DNA from: an uncultured Acidimicrobiaceae bacterium
GTDB lineage: Bacteria > Actinomycetota > Acidimicrobiia > Acidimicrobiales > RAAP-2
DNA length: 64,000 nt
Reading direction: 5' to 3'
Assembly (NCBI GenBank): GCA_963809825.1
Contig: CAWELJ010000014.1
Coordinates: forward strand, 49,639 to 113,638
Below are positions 19,414-28,841 of this stretch, in pieces (the first letter of the stretch is position 1; every line of letters begins with the position of its first letter). A program made the position numbers and the translations under genes. The notes below the pieces were generated by a model, which saw only the letters and a list, made by a program, of their open reading frames with translations, had not been told where the DNA came from and did no database searches.

Positions 19414-20733
19414 TTACGCAGATTCTCTGGCCCGCTTCGACCCGGCCACCCAGCGCCCGATCAGGGCCCGCTCGTAGCGGCCGCGCCCGACGAAGCTGAC
19501 CACCCAGCGGGCCAGCGCGCCGAACCGGTTCTTGAAGCCGGTGAGGAAGGTGATGTGCACCACGAGCCAGAGCAACCAGCCGATGAACCCTCCGACCCGC
19601 AGCGGCCCGACCTTGGCCACGGCCCGGAAACGGGAGATCACGGCCAACGTCCCGAGGTCGCGGTAGCGGAACGGCCGCGAAGGCTTGCCCTCCAGCCGCC
19701 GCACGATCGTGTGCGCCGCGTGGGCGCCCGACTGCATGGCCACCTCGGCCACACCCGGCAGGTCGTCGAGGGTCATCAGGTCGCCCACCACGAAGATCTC
19801 CGGATGCCCCGGCACCGAGCAGTCCGGCCGCACCGGGATCCGCCCCAGGCGGTCGGTCTCGACGCCTGCGGCCACCGCGAGGTGCGCACCCAGCCCGGAG
19901 GCGCGGGTGCCGGCCGCCCAGACCTTGGTGGCGGCCGGGATCCGCTCCGTCCCCCCGTCACGCTTCGTGATCTCCACGCCCCGGTCGTTCAGGTCGGTCA
20001 CCATGGCGCCGAGGTGGATCTCGACCCCCATGCGGGTGAGGTCGTGCGCGGTCATGCGCGACAGGCGGGGACCCATTGCGCTGACCAGCCCGTCGGTCCC
20101 CTCGACCAGGACGACGCGGGTCTCGTGCGGGTCGATCCTGCGGTAGTTGTGCCGGAGCGCACGCCGCGAGAGCTCCTTGAGCTGTCCGGCCATCTCGACC
20201 CCGGTCGGGCCTCCTCCCACGACGACGAACGTCATCAGTCGCCGGCGCTCCTGCTCGTCCGGCTCGGCCTCGGCCAGCTCGAAGGCGCCGAAGATCTGGC
20301 CCCGCAGGGCGAGGGCGTCGTCGAGCGACTTCACGCCCGACGCGGCGCGGCGGAACTCGTCGTGCCCGAAATACGAGGTCGTCGCGCCGCCGGCGACGAT
20401 CAGGCTGTCGTAGCCGATGGTCAGGGGTTTGCCGAATTCGTCGGCGTGCACCTCCCGGGACCCCACGTCGATGCGCTGCACCTCGGCCAGCACGACGCGG
20501 AACGAGGGGTAGTTCCGCAGCACGTCCCGTATGGCGGGCGCGATCTGGCCCTCCGAGAGGATTCCCGTGGCGACCTGGTAGAGCAGCGGCTGGAACAGGT
20601 GGTGGTTCGTGCGGTCGATCAGCGTCACGCGTACCGGTGCCCGCTTCAGGGCGCGGGAGGCGAAGAGGCCGCCGAAGCCGCACCCGATGATCACGACGTG
20701 GTGCCGGGTGTCGGTCCCGTCGTATCCGGTCAC
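19414..20733 (-). CDS. ndh: type II NADH dehydrogenase (NDH-2)
   Basis: Two dinucleotide folds (VVIIGCGFGG, FVVVGGGPTGVE), the VFVVGD motif, and a C-terminal amphipathic/membrane segment. The GTG start overlaps the stop of the upstream NUDIX gene (GTGA). Confidence 0.9.
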   Translation of the reverse strand: MTGYDGTDTRHHVVIIGCGFGGLFASRALKRAPVRVTLIDRTNHHLFQPLLYQVATGILSEGQIAPAIRDVLRNYPSFRVVLAEVQRIDVGSREVHADEFGKPLTIGYDSLIVAGGATTSYFGHDEFRRAASGVKSLDDALALRGQIFGAFELAEAEPDEQERRRLMTFVVVGGGPTGVEMAGQLKELSRRALRHNYRRIDPHETRVVLVEGTDGLVSAMGPRLSRMTAHDLTRMGVEIHLGAMVTDLNDRGVEITKRDGGTERIPAATKVWAAGTRASGLGAHLAVAAGVETDRLGRIPVRPDCSVPGHPEIFVVGDLMTLDDLPGVAEVAMQSGAHAAHTIVRRLEGKPSRPFRYRDLGTLAVISRFRAVAKVGPLRVGGFIGWLLWLVVHITFLTGFKNRFGALARWVVSFVGRGRYERALIGRWVAGSKRARESA

Positions 20734-21152
20734 AGCAGGGTATCCACCACGGTCTGCACGTAGAGCGCCAGGGGCATGTCCCGGATCTCCTCGAGTGTGA
20801 ACCAGCCGACGGCATCCGTCGTGCCCTCCGCCTCGGGCCGCAGCGTCCCTTCCCACGACTCCACCCGGTAGATCAGGCGCACGGTGTGCAGGCTCGTCCC
20901 GTCCGGGATCGTGCGCACGTCGGAGAGGACCTCGAGCAGCGGGCCGAGTGACACCGTCAGTCCCGACTCCTCCTCCATCTCGCGGCGCAGGGAGTCCGGT
21001 GGGCTCTCGCCGTGCTGGACGCCGCCGCCGGGGAGGAACCAGCGACCGCGCAGGGTGAGGGCGGACGAGGCCCGGGCCAGGAGGAGGCGCCCCTCGGCGT
21101 CCCGGGCCACCCCGTATGCGGCGATCCGCTGGCGCTGCTTGTCGGTCGGCAC
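20730..21152 (-). CDS. NUDIX hydrolase
   Basis: Nudix box GGGVQHGESPPDSLRREMEEESGL. The start is uncertain (GTG 21152 chosen). The longer ORF-track N-terminus is not protein-like. Confidence 0.8.
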   Translation of the reverse strand: MPTDKQRQRIAAYGVARDAEGRLLLARASSALTLRGRWFLPGGGVQHGESPPDSLRREMEEESGLTVSLGPLLEVLSDVRTIPDGTSLHTVRLIYRVESWEGTLRPEAEGTTDAVGWFTLEEIRDMPLALYVQTVVDTLL

Positions 21153-21260
21153 GGGGGGAATGCTGGCCCCCGCCCGGGCTGCCCGCCAACTCCGCCGGAA
21201 ACTACCCTGGCCCCGGCCCCCGGCGACGACACCGGCGGGCGGAGGAAGGGGAGTGCGCAC

Positions 21261-21728
21261 ATGGACACCGCGGCCGAACTCGAGGCCATTCGACGCCTCA
21301 AGTACGCGTACTTCAGGAGGCTCGACCTCAAGCAATTCGAAGATCTGGCGCTGCTCCTCACCGAGGATGCCACCACGTCCTACGAGGACGGCAAGACGGT
21401 GCTCGAGGGCCGGGCGGCCATCGCGTCGTGGCTGTCGGCCGTCCTGGGCGACAGGGGTATCGTCACCGAGCACCACGGCCATCATCCCGAGATCACCTTC
21501 ACGTCGGACACCACGGCAGAGGGGATCTGGTACCTCCAGGACCGCGTCATCGTGCCGGCGGCCGACGTCGAGATCGCAGGGACGGCCTTCTACGACGACC
21601 GCTACCGCCTGACCGGGGAGGGGTGGCGCATCGCACACACGGGCTATACCCGCGTCTTCGAGGAACACCGCACGCACTCCACGTGGGAGGTGCGGTCGTT
21701 CACCTCTCGCTTCGACGAGCCGGGTTGA
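21261..21728 (+). CDS. SnoaL-like / NTF2-fold protein
   Basis: 155 aa beginning MDTAAELEAIRRLKYAYFRRLDLKQFEDL, typical of SnoaL_4-type proteins. GGAGGAAGGGGAG lies upstream. Confidence 0.75.
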   Translation: MDTAAELEAIRRLKYAYFRRLDLKQFEDLALLLTEDATTSYEDGKTVLEGRAAIASWLSAVLGDRGIVTEHHGHHPEITFTSDTTAEGIWYLQDRVIVPAADVEIAGTAFYDDRYRLTGEGWRIAHTGYTRVFEEHRTHSTWEVRSFTSRFDEPG

Positions 21729-21737
21729 CCCCCCGGG

Positions 21738-22739
21738 CTACATGTCCGCCCGGCTGGGCGGGCTGAAGGTGAAGCCGGGATCGAAGAGTGTGGCCGGCCC
21801 GAGTGCCTTCTCCAACGCTTCGACGAAATCCGGTTCGAGGTCCAACTCGAGCGCCTTCACGTTCTCGGCGATCTGCTCGGGCCGGCTGGCCCCCACGATG
21901 GCACTGCTGACGTTCTGGTTCTGCAGCACCCACGCCAGGGCCACGGAGGCCGGGGTGTAGCCGGCCTCGCGGCACAGGGCGGCATAGTCCTGCACGGGCT
22001 CGAGCACGTCGTCGCGCAGGAGCCAGCTCATCTCACCGCCCTCGGGTCCAGTCGCCCGCGTGCCCGCCGGCGGCGTCGCGCCGGGCAGGTACTTGCCCGT
22101 CAGGATGCCCTGGGCGAGCGGCGACCACACGATCTGGCTCACGCCCTCGTTCTGGCACAGCGGGACCACCTCGGCCTCGATCACCCGCCAGATCATGGAG
22201 TACTGGGGCTGATTGGAGACGATCCGGTCGAAGCCCATTTCGTCGGCCAGCCGCAGGGCATCTTCGATCTGGGTGGCCGTCCACTCCGAGACCCCCACGT
22301 AGTGCACCTTGCCTTGGCGGACGAGGTCGTCGAAGGCCTGCAGGGTCTCCTCGAGCGGGGCCTCGTAGTCGAACCGGTGGGCCTGGAGCAGGTCGACGTG
22401 GTCGGTCTGCAGCCGCTCCAGCGACGCGTGCAGCGACTCCATGATGTGCTTGCGCGACAGGCCACGATTGTTGGGGTTCGGGCCCGTCGGCCAGTAGACC
22501 TTCGTGAAGATCTCGATGGAATCGCGCGCCACCCCCTCGAGGGCACGGCCGAGCACCGTCTCGGCCTGTCCCAGCGCATAGACGTCTGCCGTGTCGAACG
22601 TCGTGATCCCCGCGTCGAGGGCGGCTCTCACGCACGCCCGGGCCATGTCCTCCTGAATCTGGCTCCCGTGCGTGATCCAGTTGCCGTACGAGAGGGAGGA
22701 GACGAGCATGCCGGAGCGGCCGAGGTGGCGGTAGTCCAT
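21738..22739 (-). CDS. aldo/keto reductase
   Basis: 333 aa with AKR blocks (MDYRHLGRSGMLVSSLSYGNW, FDTADVYA, HRFD, SPLAQGILTGKY). Confidence 0.9.
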   Translation of the reverse strand: MDYRHLGRSGMLVSSLSYGNWITHGSQIQEDMARACVRAALDAGITTFDTADVYALGQAETVLGRALEGVARDSIEIFTKVYWPTGPNPNNRGLSRKHIMESLHASLERLQTDHVDLLQAHRFDYEAPLEETLQAFDDLVRQGKVHYVGVSEWTATQIEDALRLADEMGFDRIVSNQPQYSMIWRVIEAEVVPLCQNEGVSQIVWSPLAQGILTGKYLPGATPPAGTRATGPEGGEMSWLLRDDVLEPVQDYAALCREAGYTPASVALAWVLQNQNVSSAIVGASRPEQIAENVKALELDLEPDFVEALEKALGPATLFDPGFTFSPPSRADM

Positions 22740-22776
22740 GCACCCGAGCGTAACCGGCTCCTCCTACGCTCGTCTC

Positions 22777-23199
22777 GTGGCCAGAGAGGAAACGCTGCAC
22801 GTGCGCCGGGGGCTCGACCTGCCGCTGGCCGAGATCTCGTGGCGCGCCACGACGTCGGGCGGACCGGGTGGCCAACACGCGAACCGCGCGCTCAGCCGGG
22901 TCGAGGTCCAGTTCGACGTCGAGCGTTCCGTGACGCTCGGCCCGCGCCAACGGGCCCGATTGCTCGACCGCCTCGGCCCCACCGTGCGGGCGAGCGCGTC
23001 GGAGTCACGCTCCCAGGCGCGCAACCGCCAGCTGGCGCTCGAGCGGCTGGCTTCGAAACTCAGTGCGGGGCTGCGCGACCAAGCTCCCCGCCGTGCCACC
23101 CGGCCGACGAAGAGCTCGCAGGTGCGACGGGTGGAGCAGAAACGCCACCGCGCGCAGACCAAGCAGACACGGAGGGCGCCCCGGCCCGACGAGGACTGA
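22777..23199 (+). CDS. arfB: alternative ribosome-rescue factor ArfB (GGQ peptidyl-tRNA hydrolase)
   Basis: Motif SGGPGGQHANR and a basic C-terminal tail (RRATRPTKSSQVRRVEQKRHRAQTKQTRR). The start is uncertain (GTG 22777 or 22801). ATG 22738 would overlap the divergent AKR start. Confidence 0.8.
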   Translation: MAREETLHVRRGLDLPLAEISWRATTSGGPGGQHANRALSRVEVQFDVERSVTLGPRQRARLLDRLGPTVRASASESRSQARNRQLALERLASKLSAGLRDQAPRRATRPTKSSQVRRVEQKRHRAQTKQTRRAPRPDED

Positions 23200-23209
23200 G
23201 ACGGGGAGT

Positions 23210-24142
23210 TCAGGCGGTGAAGGCGAAGCGCGACAGCGCCGGGCCGAGGTCCCCGTCGAGCCGGGCCAGCAACTCGGGGTCCTCGTCGGCCCGCGGTCCC
23301 CGCAGCGCGGTCAGCGCGGCGTAGCCCTGGGCGACCAGCGTGGCGTCCTCCGACCCCGCGTCGGCCAGGCCCAGGTCGCTCGAGTGGGGGAACGGGGATC
23401 CCACCGTCAACACGATTTGGCCCTTCTCCTCGGGCTCGCCCTCCATGATGGAGCGCGCCGCCTCGGCTGCGGCCGGTCCCTCGATCTCCTCACGGTTCGG
23501 TGCGTCCCATGCCCCCGGGCCGCGGGCGGACTTGATCAGGCCCGCGCCGCTCACCCGGGCCCAGCGCACGCCACGGATCTCCTCGGGCGGCAGGTGCGGC
23601 ACGTTCAGGTTGAGCACCGTCCGCGCCGGGGCGGCCGCGAGCATCGGGATGAGCGCCACCGCCAGGTCCGCCGCCGACTCCCAGGGATCAGGCTCGACCC
23701 CGACGCGCAACGAGACCGCCAGCGCACTGATCCCGAGCTGGCTCGCGGTCAGTGCGGCGCCGACCGTGCCCGAGTGCAGCACCGAACGGCCGACGTTGAC
23801 GCCGTGGTTGATGCCGGAGAGGACCAGGTCCGGCTTGGGCCCCACCGCCCCGAGGGCACCGGCGATCACCGACAACGCCGGCGGCGCGTCGAGCCCGTAG
23901 GCCTCGACACCCTCAGCCCCCTCCACGATGGCGCGCTGATAGGTGATCGTCGTCCGGTCCGTCACCGAGCCGACGGCGGCACTGGCGCCGCTGAAGTTGG
24001 AGCTCGGTGCCACGACGATGATCTCGTGCGCAGGGGTCGGCCCGTCGGACCCTGCAGCGGCCGCCCACGCGACGAGCGCCCTGGTCAGTGCAGCCAGCCC
24101 CGGCGCTCCCACTCCGTCGTCGTTGGTGACGAGAATCCTCAC
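23210..24142 (-). CDS. surE: 5'/3'-nucleotidase SurE
   Basis: Motifs MRILVTNDDGVGAPGL and SGINHGVNVGRSVLHSGTVGAA. Confidence 0.9.
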   Translation of the reverse strand: MRILVTNDDGVGAPGLAALTRALVAWAAAAGSDGPTPAHEIIVVAPSSNFSGASAAVGSVTDRTTITYQRAIVEGAEGVEAYGLDAPPALSVIAGALGAVGPKPDLVLSGINHGVNVGRSVLHSGTVGAALTASQLGISALAVSLRVGVEPDPWESAADLAVALIPMLAAAPARTVLNLNVPHLPPEEIRGVRWARVSGAGLIKSARGPGAWDAPNREEIEGPAAAEAARSIMEGEPEEKGQIVLTVGSPFPHSSDLGLADAGSEDATLVAQGYAALTALRGPRADEDPELLARLDGDLGPALSRFAFTA

Positions 24143-24282
24143 GTGCGCCCACCCTACCGGTCGCCGCCCGCGACCTCCGAGCCCGTCACCTCGTGTTGGC
24201 CCCCCTGTTACCGGGGCTTCACCGCAGTGGCCGGAGCCCCCTCACCCCTTCTCTCGCCCTGGTCTGCTTCAATTCACTCGCA

Positions 24283-25227
24283 ATGCCGACCCGCACGCCC
24301 AGAATCTCCGTCGCCTCGCCCACGGGCCAGCAGTGGCGCATCGGGCACGGCCGCCAGGAGGTGATCGTGTGCGAGGTCGGCGCCACCCTGCGTGCCTATG
24401 CGATCGGGGACCTCGCGGTGATCGACGGCTTCGGTCCCGACGAATGGTCCCATTCGGGCCGGGGGCAGGTGCTCGCCCCCTGGCCCAACCGGTTGGCCGA
24501 CGGCCGCTACGAGTTCAACGGGGTGCGGGCCCAGGCCGCTCTCGACGAGCCCGAGCGGCGCAACGCCATCCACGGCCTCGTGCGCTGGCTCCCCTGGACG
24601 CTCCAGACCCGGCACCAGAACCAGCTCTCCCTCCGCCTCCAGCTGCATCCCCAACCGGGCTACCCGTTCTCGCTCCTGCTCGAGCTCGAGTACCACGTCG
24701 GCCGGGACGGCCTGACCGTGACGACGCGCGCGCAGTCGCTCGACGAGGGGCCGATCCCCTTCGGTCTGGGGTTCCACCCCTATCTCACGGCCGGGCCCGA
24801 GACGGTCGACGGGGCGATCCTGCACGTTCCGGCGCGCCACACGCTCGACCTCGACGACCGTGGCTTGCCCACCGGGGCGCTCACGCCGGTGGAGGGCTCC
24901 CACCGCGATTTCACCACCTCGCGTTTCGTCGGCCCGGCCGTGCTGGACACTGCGTACACGACGCTGCAACGCGACGCCGACGGCAAGGCCCGGGCCAGCC
25001 TCGATGCGCCGGGCGGCGTCACCGGGGCCACGCTCTGGGTGGACCAGGGGTTTCCCTATCTCATGGTCTACACCGGCGACACGCTGCCAGAGGTGCAGCG
25101 CCGCCGTCGCGCCGTGGCGATAGAACCCATGACCTGCCCGCCCAACGCGCTGCGCACCGGCAAGGACGTCATCGATCTCCAGCCCGGCACCGGATGGACG
25201 GCGCGCTGGGGGATCACCCCCCGGTGA
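24283..25227 (+). CDS. aldose 1-epimerase (mutarotase) family protein
   Basis: Motifs GQVLAPWPNRL, NAIHGL, FGLGFHPY and AIEPMTCPPNA. The start was set at ATG 24283. Confidence 0.85.
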   Translation: MPTRTPRISVASPTGQQWRIGHGRQEVIVCEVGATLRAYAIGDLAVIDGFGPDEWSHSGRGQVLAPWPNRLADGRYEFNGVRAQAALDEPERRNAIHGLVRWLPWTLQTRHQNQLSLRLQLHPQPGYPFSLLLELEYHVGRDGLTVTTRAQSLDEGPIPFGLGFHPYLTAGPETVDGAILHVPARHTLDLDDRGLPTGALTPVEGSHRDFTTSRFVGPAVLDTAYTTLQRDADGKARASLDAPGGVTGATLWVDQGFPYLMVYTGDTLPEVQRRRRAVAIEPMTCPPNALRTGKDVIDLQPGTGWTARWGITPR

Positions 25228-25237
25228 GCACACGGCG

Positions 25238-25978
25238 ATGAGCGCCGCCCCGCTCGAGGGACAGGTCGTCGCGGTCACGGGCTCGTCCAGCGGGATCGGC
25301 GCCGCCACGGCGCGGGCCTTCGCCGATGCCGGCGCAGCCGTACTGGTGAACTCCTCGCGCACGGTTGCCGAGGGGGAAGCAGTGGCGGCCGCGCTGCCAG
25401 ATGCCCTGTACCTGCAGGGTGACGTCACGGATCCCGCGTTCGGTGACCGCCTGGTGTCCGCCGCCCTCGACCGGTGGGGTCGCCTCGACACACTGGTCAA
25501 CAACGCGGGGACCACTGCGCTGATACCGCACCAGGACCTGGCGGCGGCCTCGGTCGACGTCTGGCGGCGAATCTTCGAGGTGAACGTGTTCGGCACCTGG
25601 GCCGTGTCGGTCGCCGCCATGCCGGCACTGCGTGAGGCCCGCGGCTCCATCGTCAACGTCGCATCCGTCGCCGGCCTTCGACCGACCGGCTCCTCCATCC
25701 CCTACGCCGCGAGCAAGGCGGCGCTCAATCACCTGACCGTGCTCCTGGCCAAGGTCGTCGGTCCCGAGGTCAGGGTCAACGCCGTGGCACCGGGTCTGAT
25801 CGACACCCCGTGGACCGAGGACTGGGACTTCGTGCGCGACGCCGTCCGCCAGGTCGCCCCGCTGCGGCGCTCGGGCCAGCCCCGGGACGTGGCCGAGGTG
25901 ATCGTGGCGCTGGCCGGTGCCGCGTACGTGACCGGGCAGGTCGTGGCCGTCGACGGCGGTCTGACCATCGCCACCTGA
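25238..25978 (+). CDS. SDR-family oxidoreductase
   Basis: Motifs VTGSSSGIG, NNAG and YAASKAA. Confidence 0.9.
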   Translation: MSAAPLEGQVVAVTGSSSGIGAATARAFADAGAAVLVNSSRTVAEGEAVAAALPDALYLQGDVTDPAFGDRLVSAALDRWGRLDTLVNNAGTTALIPHQDLAAASVDVWRRIFEVNVFGTWAVSVAAMPALREARGSIVNVASVAGLRPTGSSIPYAASKAALNHLTVLLAKVVGPEVRVNAVAPGLIDTPWTEDWDFVRDAVRQVAPLRRSGQPRDVAEVIVALAGAAYVTGQVVAVDGGLTIAT

Positions 25979-25983
25979 ACGGC

Positions 25984-26916
25984 TCAGGCCGGCGGGGTCA
26001 CCATCCAGCGCACGGCCGCCGAGAGGGCGCGGGCGAGCGGCGTCACCGCCGCCGTGTCGACGAAGAGGTCGAGCGGTCGCGCCAGGGACAGCCCGAGCTC
26101 GCCGCGGGCCCAGTCCGGGAGCACCCCGACCGAGGCCGCCAGCACCAACGAGTAGACGGCGCGCTCGGTGGGACGCCGGGCCACGCCGCGCACGAGCCAG
26201 TCCCGAGCCGCACGGGCCTGTGGCCCGGCATGGAGGTCGGGCCGCACCCGCAGCAGGTAGCTCTCCACCTCGTCGACGGAGCGCGGCGCCCAGGTCGCTC
26301 CGAGGGCGTAGGCGACGGGAGCCACCTCCTCGTAGTAGCCGTCACACTGCTCGGGGGTGAGGGGCACGTTCCCGTAGCGGCGCGCCGAGGCCAGGAAGCT
26401 CGAGACCTCGGCGACGTGGATGAAGGTGACCAGCTCGGGATCGTCGGCCGAGTACGGGCGCCCGTCGGGCGCCGTTCCCTTGACCCGCCGGTGCACCCGC
26501 TGCACCTGGGCGATGGCCGCCTCCGCCTCGGCGGTCGTGCCGAACGTCGTGGCGGCGACGAAGGCGGCCGTGCGCCGGAGCCGGCCCAGCGGGTCCTCCC
26601 GGTAGCCCGAATGATCGGCCACGCCCGCAATGGCCAGCGGATGGAGCATCTGGAGGAGGAGCGCGCTGACGCCGCCGATGAGCATGGAGGGCAGGTCGGC
26701 ATGCACGAGGCGCGCCACGCCGTCGGGCGCCAGGTAGGCGTCGTCCGGATCGGTGGCGATCGCCTGCGGCTCCTCGTTGATCCCGATGGCCCGCCGCACG
26801 TTGCGTGCCATGTCACCCCGTACGGGCGACGCCAGGCCGCCCACCAGCCGCAGCGGGGCCACGGCGACGGCGCCGCCCAGGGAGGCGGCACGCTCGACGG
26901 GGTTCAGGGGACTCAT
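25984..26916 (-). CDS. DUF2236 / MpaB-type oxygenase family protein
   Basis: 310 aa with blocks LLLQMLHPLAIAGVADHSGYREDPLGRLRRTAAF and RVHRRVKG. The start is at ATG 26916. Confidence 0.72.
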   Translation of the reverse strand: MSPLNPVERAASLGGAVAVAPLRLVGGLASPVRGDMARNVRRAIGINEEPQAIATDPDDAYLAPDGVARLVHADLPSMLIGGVSALLLQMLHPLAIAGVADHSGYREDPLGRLRRTAAFVAATTFGTTAEAEAAIAQVQRVHRRVKGTAPDGRPYSADDPELVTFIHVAEVSSFLASARRYGNVPLTPEQCDGYYEEVAPVAYALGATWAPRSVDEVESYLLRVRPDLHAGPQARAARDWLVRGVARRPTERAVYSLVLAASVGVLPDWARGELGLSLARPLDLFVDTAAVTPLARALSAAVRWMVTPPA

Positions 26917-26949
26917 GCGCTGAGCTTGGCACGTGGCAGAGTGCTGTCC

Positions 26950-27936
26950 ATGCGCTTCGTCGTCGTGGGGGCCGGTGCAATCGGGGGCGCAGTCGGCGCC
27001 CGTCTCTACCAGAAGGGCTTCGACGTCACCCTGGTGGCCCGGGGCGAGCACGGCAGCGCCCTGCGCTCGGGCCTGGTCCTCGAGGCGCCCGACGACACGG
27101 TGACCCTCCCGATCGCGGCGGTCTCCGATCCTGCCGAGGTGGCGTGGGACGAGCACGCGGCAGACGACACCGTCGTGCTGCTGGCCGTGAAGGGACAGCA
27201 CACCGAGCATGCGCTCACGCAGCTCACGGTGGCGCCCCCGTCCACGCCGGTGGTCTGCATGCAGAACGGTGTGGAGAACGAGCGCCGGGCGCTGCGCCAC
27301 TTCGCCAACACGTTCGCCATGTGTGTGATGTGCCCCGCCACCCAGCTGCGCCCCGGCGTCGTCCAACTGCACTCGGCGCCCGTCTCGGGGATGCTCGACC
27401 TGGGCCGCTTCCCCGCCGGCCTCGACGACCTCGGCCAGGGCATCGCCGACGCCGTCGCCACCACGTCGTTCCAGTCGGTCGCCCGACCCGACATCATGCG
27501 CTGGAAGTACCGCAAGCTGCTCATGAACCTGGCCAACGCGGTCGAGGCGCTCTGCGGCCCCGCGGGCCGGTTCAGCGCGCTGGCGAAAGCGGCACAGCGC
27601 GAGGGCAGTGCGGTCCTCGCTGCGGCGGGCATCGACGTGGCCAGCTCCGAGGAGGACCGTGCCCGCCGCGCCGACAACTTGCAGCTGTCGCCGACCGAGT
27701 CGGGCGCGTGGCAGGGCGGGTCGAGTTGGCAGAGCCTGGCCCGAGGGGCCGGCTCCATCGAGGCCGAGTTCCTCAACGGGGAGATCGTGTTGCTGGGCCG
27801 GCTCCACGGCGTGGCGACGCCGGTGAATGCGTTGTTGCAGCGTCTCGCCGTCCGCGCCGCAGTCGAGGGTGCGCCTCCCGGCTCGTGGCGGGTCGAGGAT
27901 CTGAGCGCGCTGGCGGGGGTGCCCCATGGCGGGTGA
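26950..27936 (+). CDS. ketopantoate reductase (PanE/ApbA) family oxidoreductase
   Basis: N-terminus MRFVVVGAGAIGGAVGARL, plus VKGQHT, NGVENE and a C-terminal helical domain. Confidence 0.8.
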   Translation: MRFVVVGAGAIGGAVGARLYQKGFDVTLVARGEHGSALRSGLVLEAPDDTVTLPIAAVSDPAEVAWDEHAADDTVVLLAVKGQHTEHALTQLTVAPPSTPVVCMQNGVENERRALRHFANTFAMCVMCPATQLRPGVVQLHSAPVSGMLDLGRFPAGLDDLGQGIADAVATTSFQSVARPDIMRWKYRKLLMNLANAVEALCGPAGRFSALAKAAQREGSAVLAAAGIDVASSEEDRARRADNLQLSPTESGAWQGGSSWQSLARGAGSIEAEFLNGEIVLLGRLHGVATPVNALLQRLAVRAAVEGAPPGSWRVEDLSALAGVPHGG

Positions 27937-28412
27937 GCGGGCGAAGGAACTGGCCGACGACTTCGCCGAGGCCAACGAGGACGCCCTGGCGTTCGCCGCG
28001 CCGGTGTACGGAGAGGGAGTGGACCCTCAGCGTGCCCGGAGAAGGGTGGTCGGTCGGCGTGCTGCTCCACCACATCGCCGAGGGACACGCCCATGGCACT
28101 CGCTGGCTCCAGGGGATGGCCCGCGGGGAGGGCGTTGCCGAGACGGCCGAGGACATCGACCGGGTCAATGCTGCGCACGCCGTCCGGGCGGAGGCGGTGG
28201 GCCCCGCGGAGACCATGGCCCTGCTCGAGGTGAACGGCGCCCTCCTGGAGGAGGCGTTGCGCGGTCTCAGCGACGAGGACCTCGACCGGACGGCGCCGTT
28301 CGGGCCGGCGGGCGGGCGGCAGCTCCCGACGGGGGACCTGGCGGTGGTGGCGGCCCGCCACACGCGCGAGCACCTGGCGCACGCCCGCGACACGGTCGCC
28401 CGGGAGCGTTGA
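27926..28412 (+). pseudogene. DinB-family protein interrupted by a frameshift
   Basis: The N-terminus (MAGERAKELADDFAEANEDALAFAA) is in the frame of 27926. The rest (CTEREWTLSVPGEGWSVGVLLHHIAEGHAHG...HTREHLAHARDTV) is in the frame of ORF 26805..28412. The switch lies near 27985-28000. Confidence 0.6.
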
Positions 28413-28424
28413 GGACGCTCCTCG

Positions 28425-28841
28425 TCAGTCCCAGGCGCCGTTGCCGCCGACGCGCTCGACGCTGATCCGCAACACGTAGCCCGGTGGCGGGTCGTCCATG
28501 GGCGGGAACCGGACGTCGGGCCCGAGGTAGCGGTGCGCCAGCTGTTGCAGCAGCTCCGGCGCGCCGCCGTCGGTGATCCGGGCGGTGCCGTAGAGCACCA
28601 GGTATTCGGCCAGCCCGCCGGGTCCGGGTCTCCCCGTCTCGAGAGAGATGGCGACCCTCGCATCGCGGGCCACGTTGCGCAGCTTCTTGTGGTTGAAGAG
28701 GTGCCCCGCCACCACGTCGTCACCGTCGAGCCCGATCCACACGACGGTGACCTGGGGGCTGCCGTCGGGGTTGAGCGTCACGAGGTGGGCGAGATGGCCG
28801 CCCTCGATGGCGCGGCGCACGGGCGCGGCGAGGGGCGGCAT
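28425..28841 (-). CDS. PPOX-class (pyridoxamine 5'-phosphate oxidase-like) probable F420-dependent protein
   Basis: 138 aa with the pattern HLAHLVTLNPDGSPQVTVVWIGLDGDDVV...VAISL. The ATG overlaps the sulfatase stop (ATGA). Confidence 0.78.
   Translation of the reverse strand: MPPLAAPVRRAIEGGHLAHLVTLNPDGSPQVTVVWIGLDGDDVVAGHLFNHKKLRNVARDARVAISLETGRPGPGGLAEYLVLYGTARITDGGAPELLQQLAHRYLGPDVRFPPMDDPPPGYVLRISVERVGGNGAWD

Noticed and set aside
22738-22776. ATG 22738 as the start of arfB (ORF-track start)
   Set aside because: It would overlap the divergent aldo-keto reductase start codon (CATG) and add about 13 non-conserved residues. GTG 22777 or 22801 gives the usual distance of 22-30 residues to the GGQ motif.
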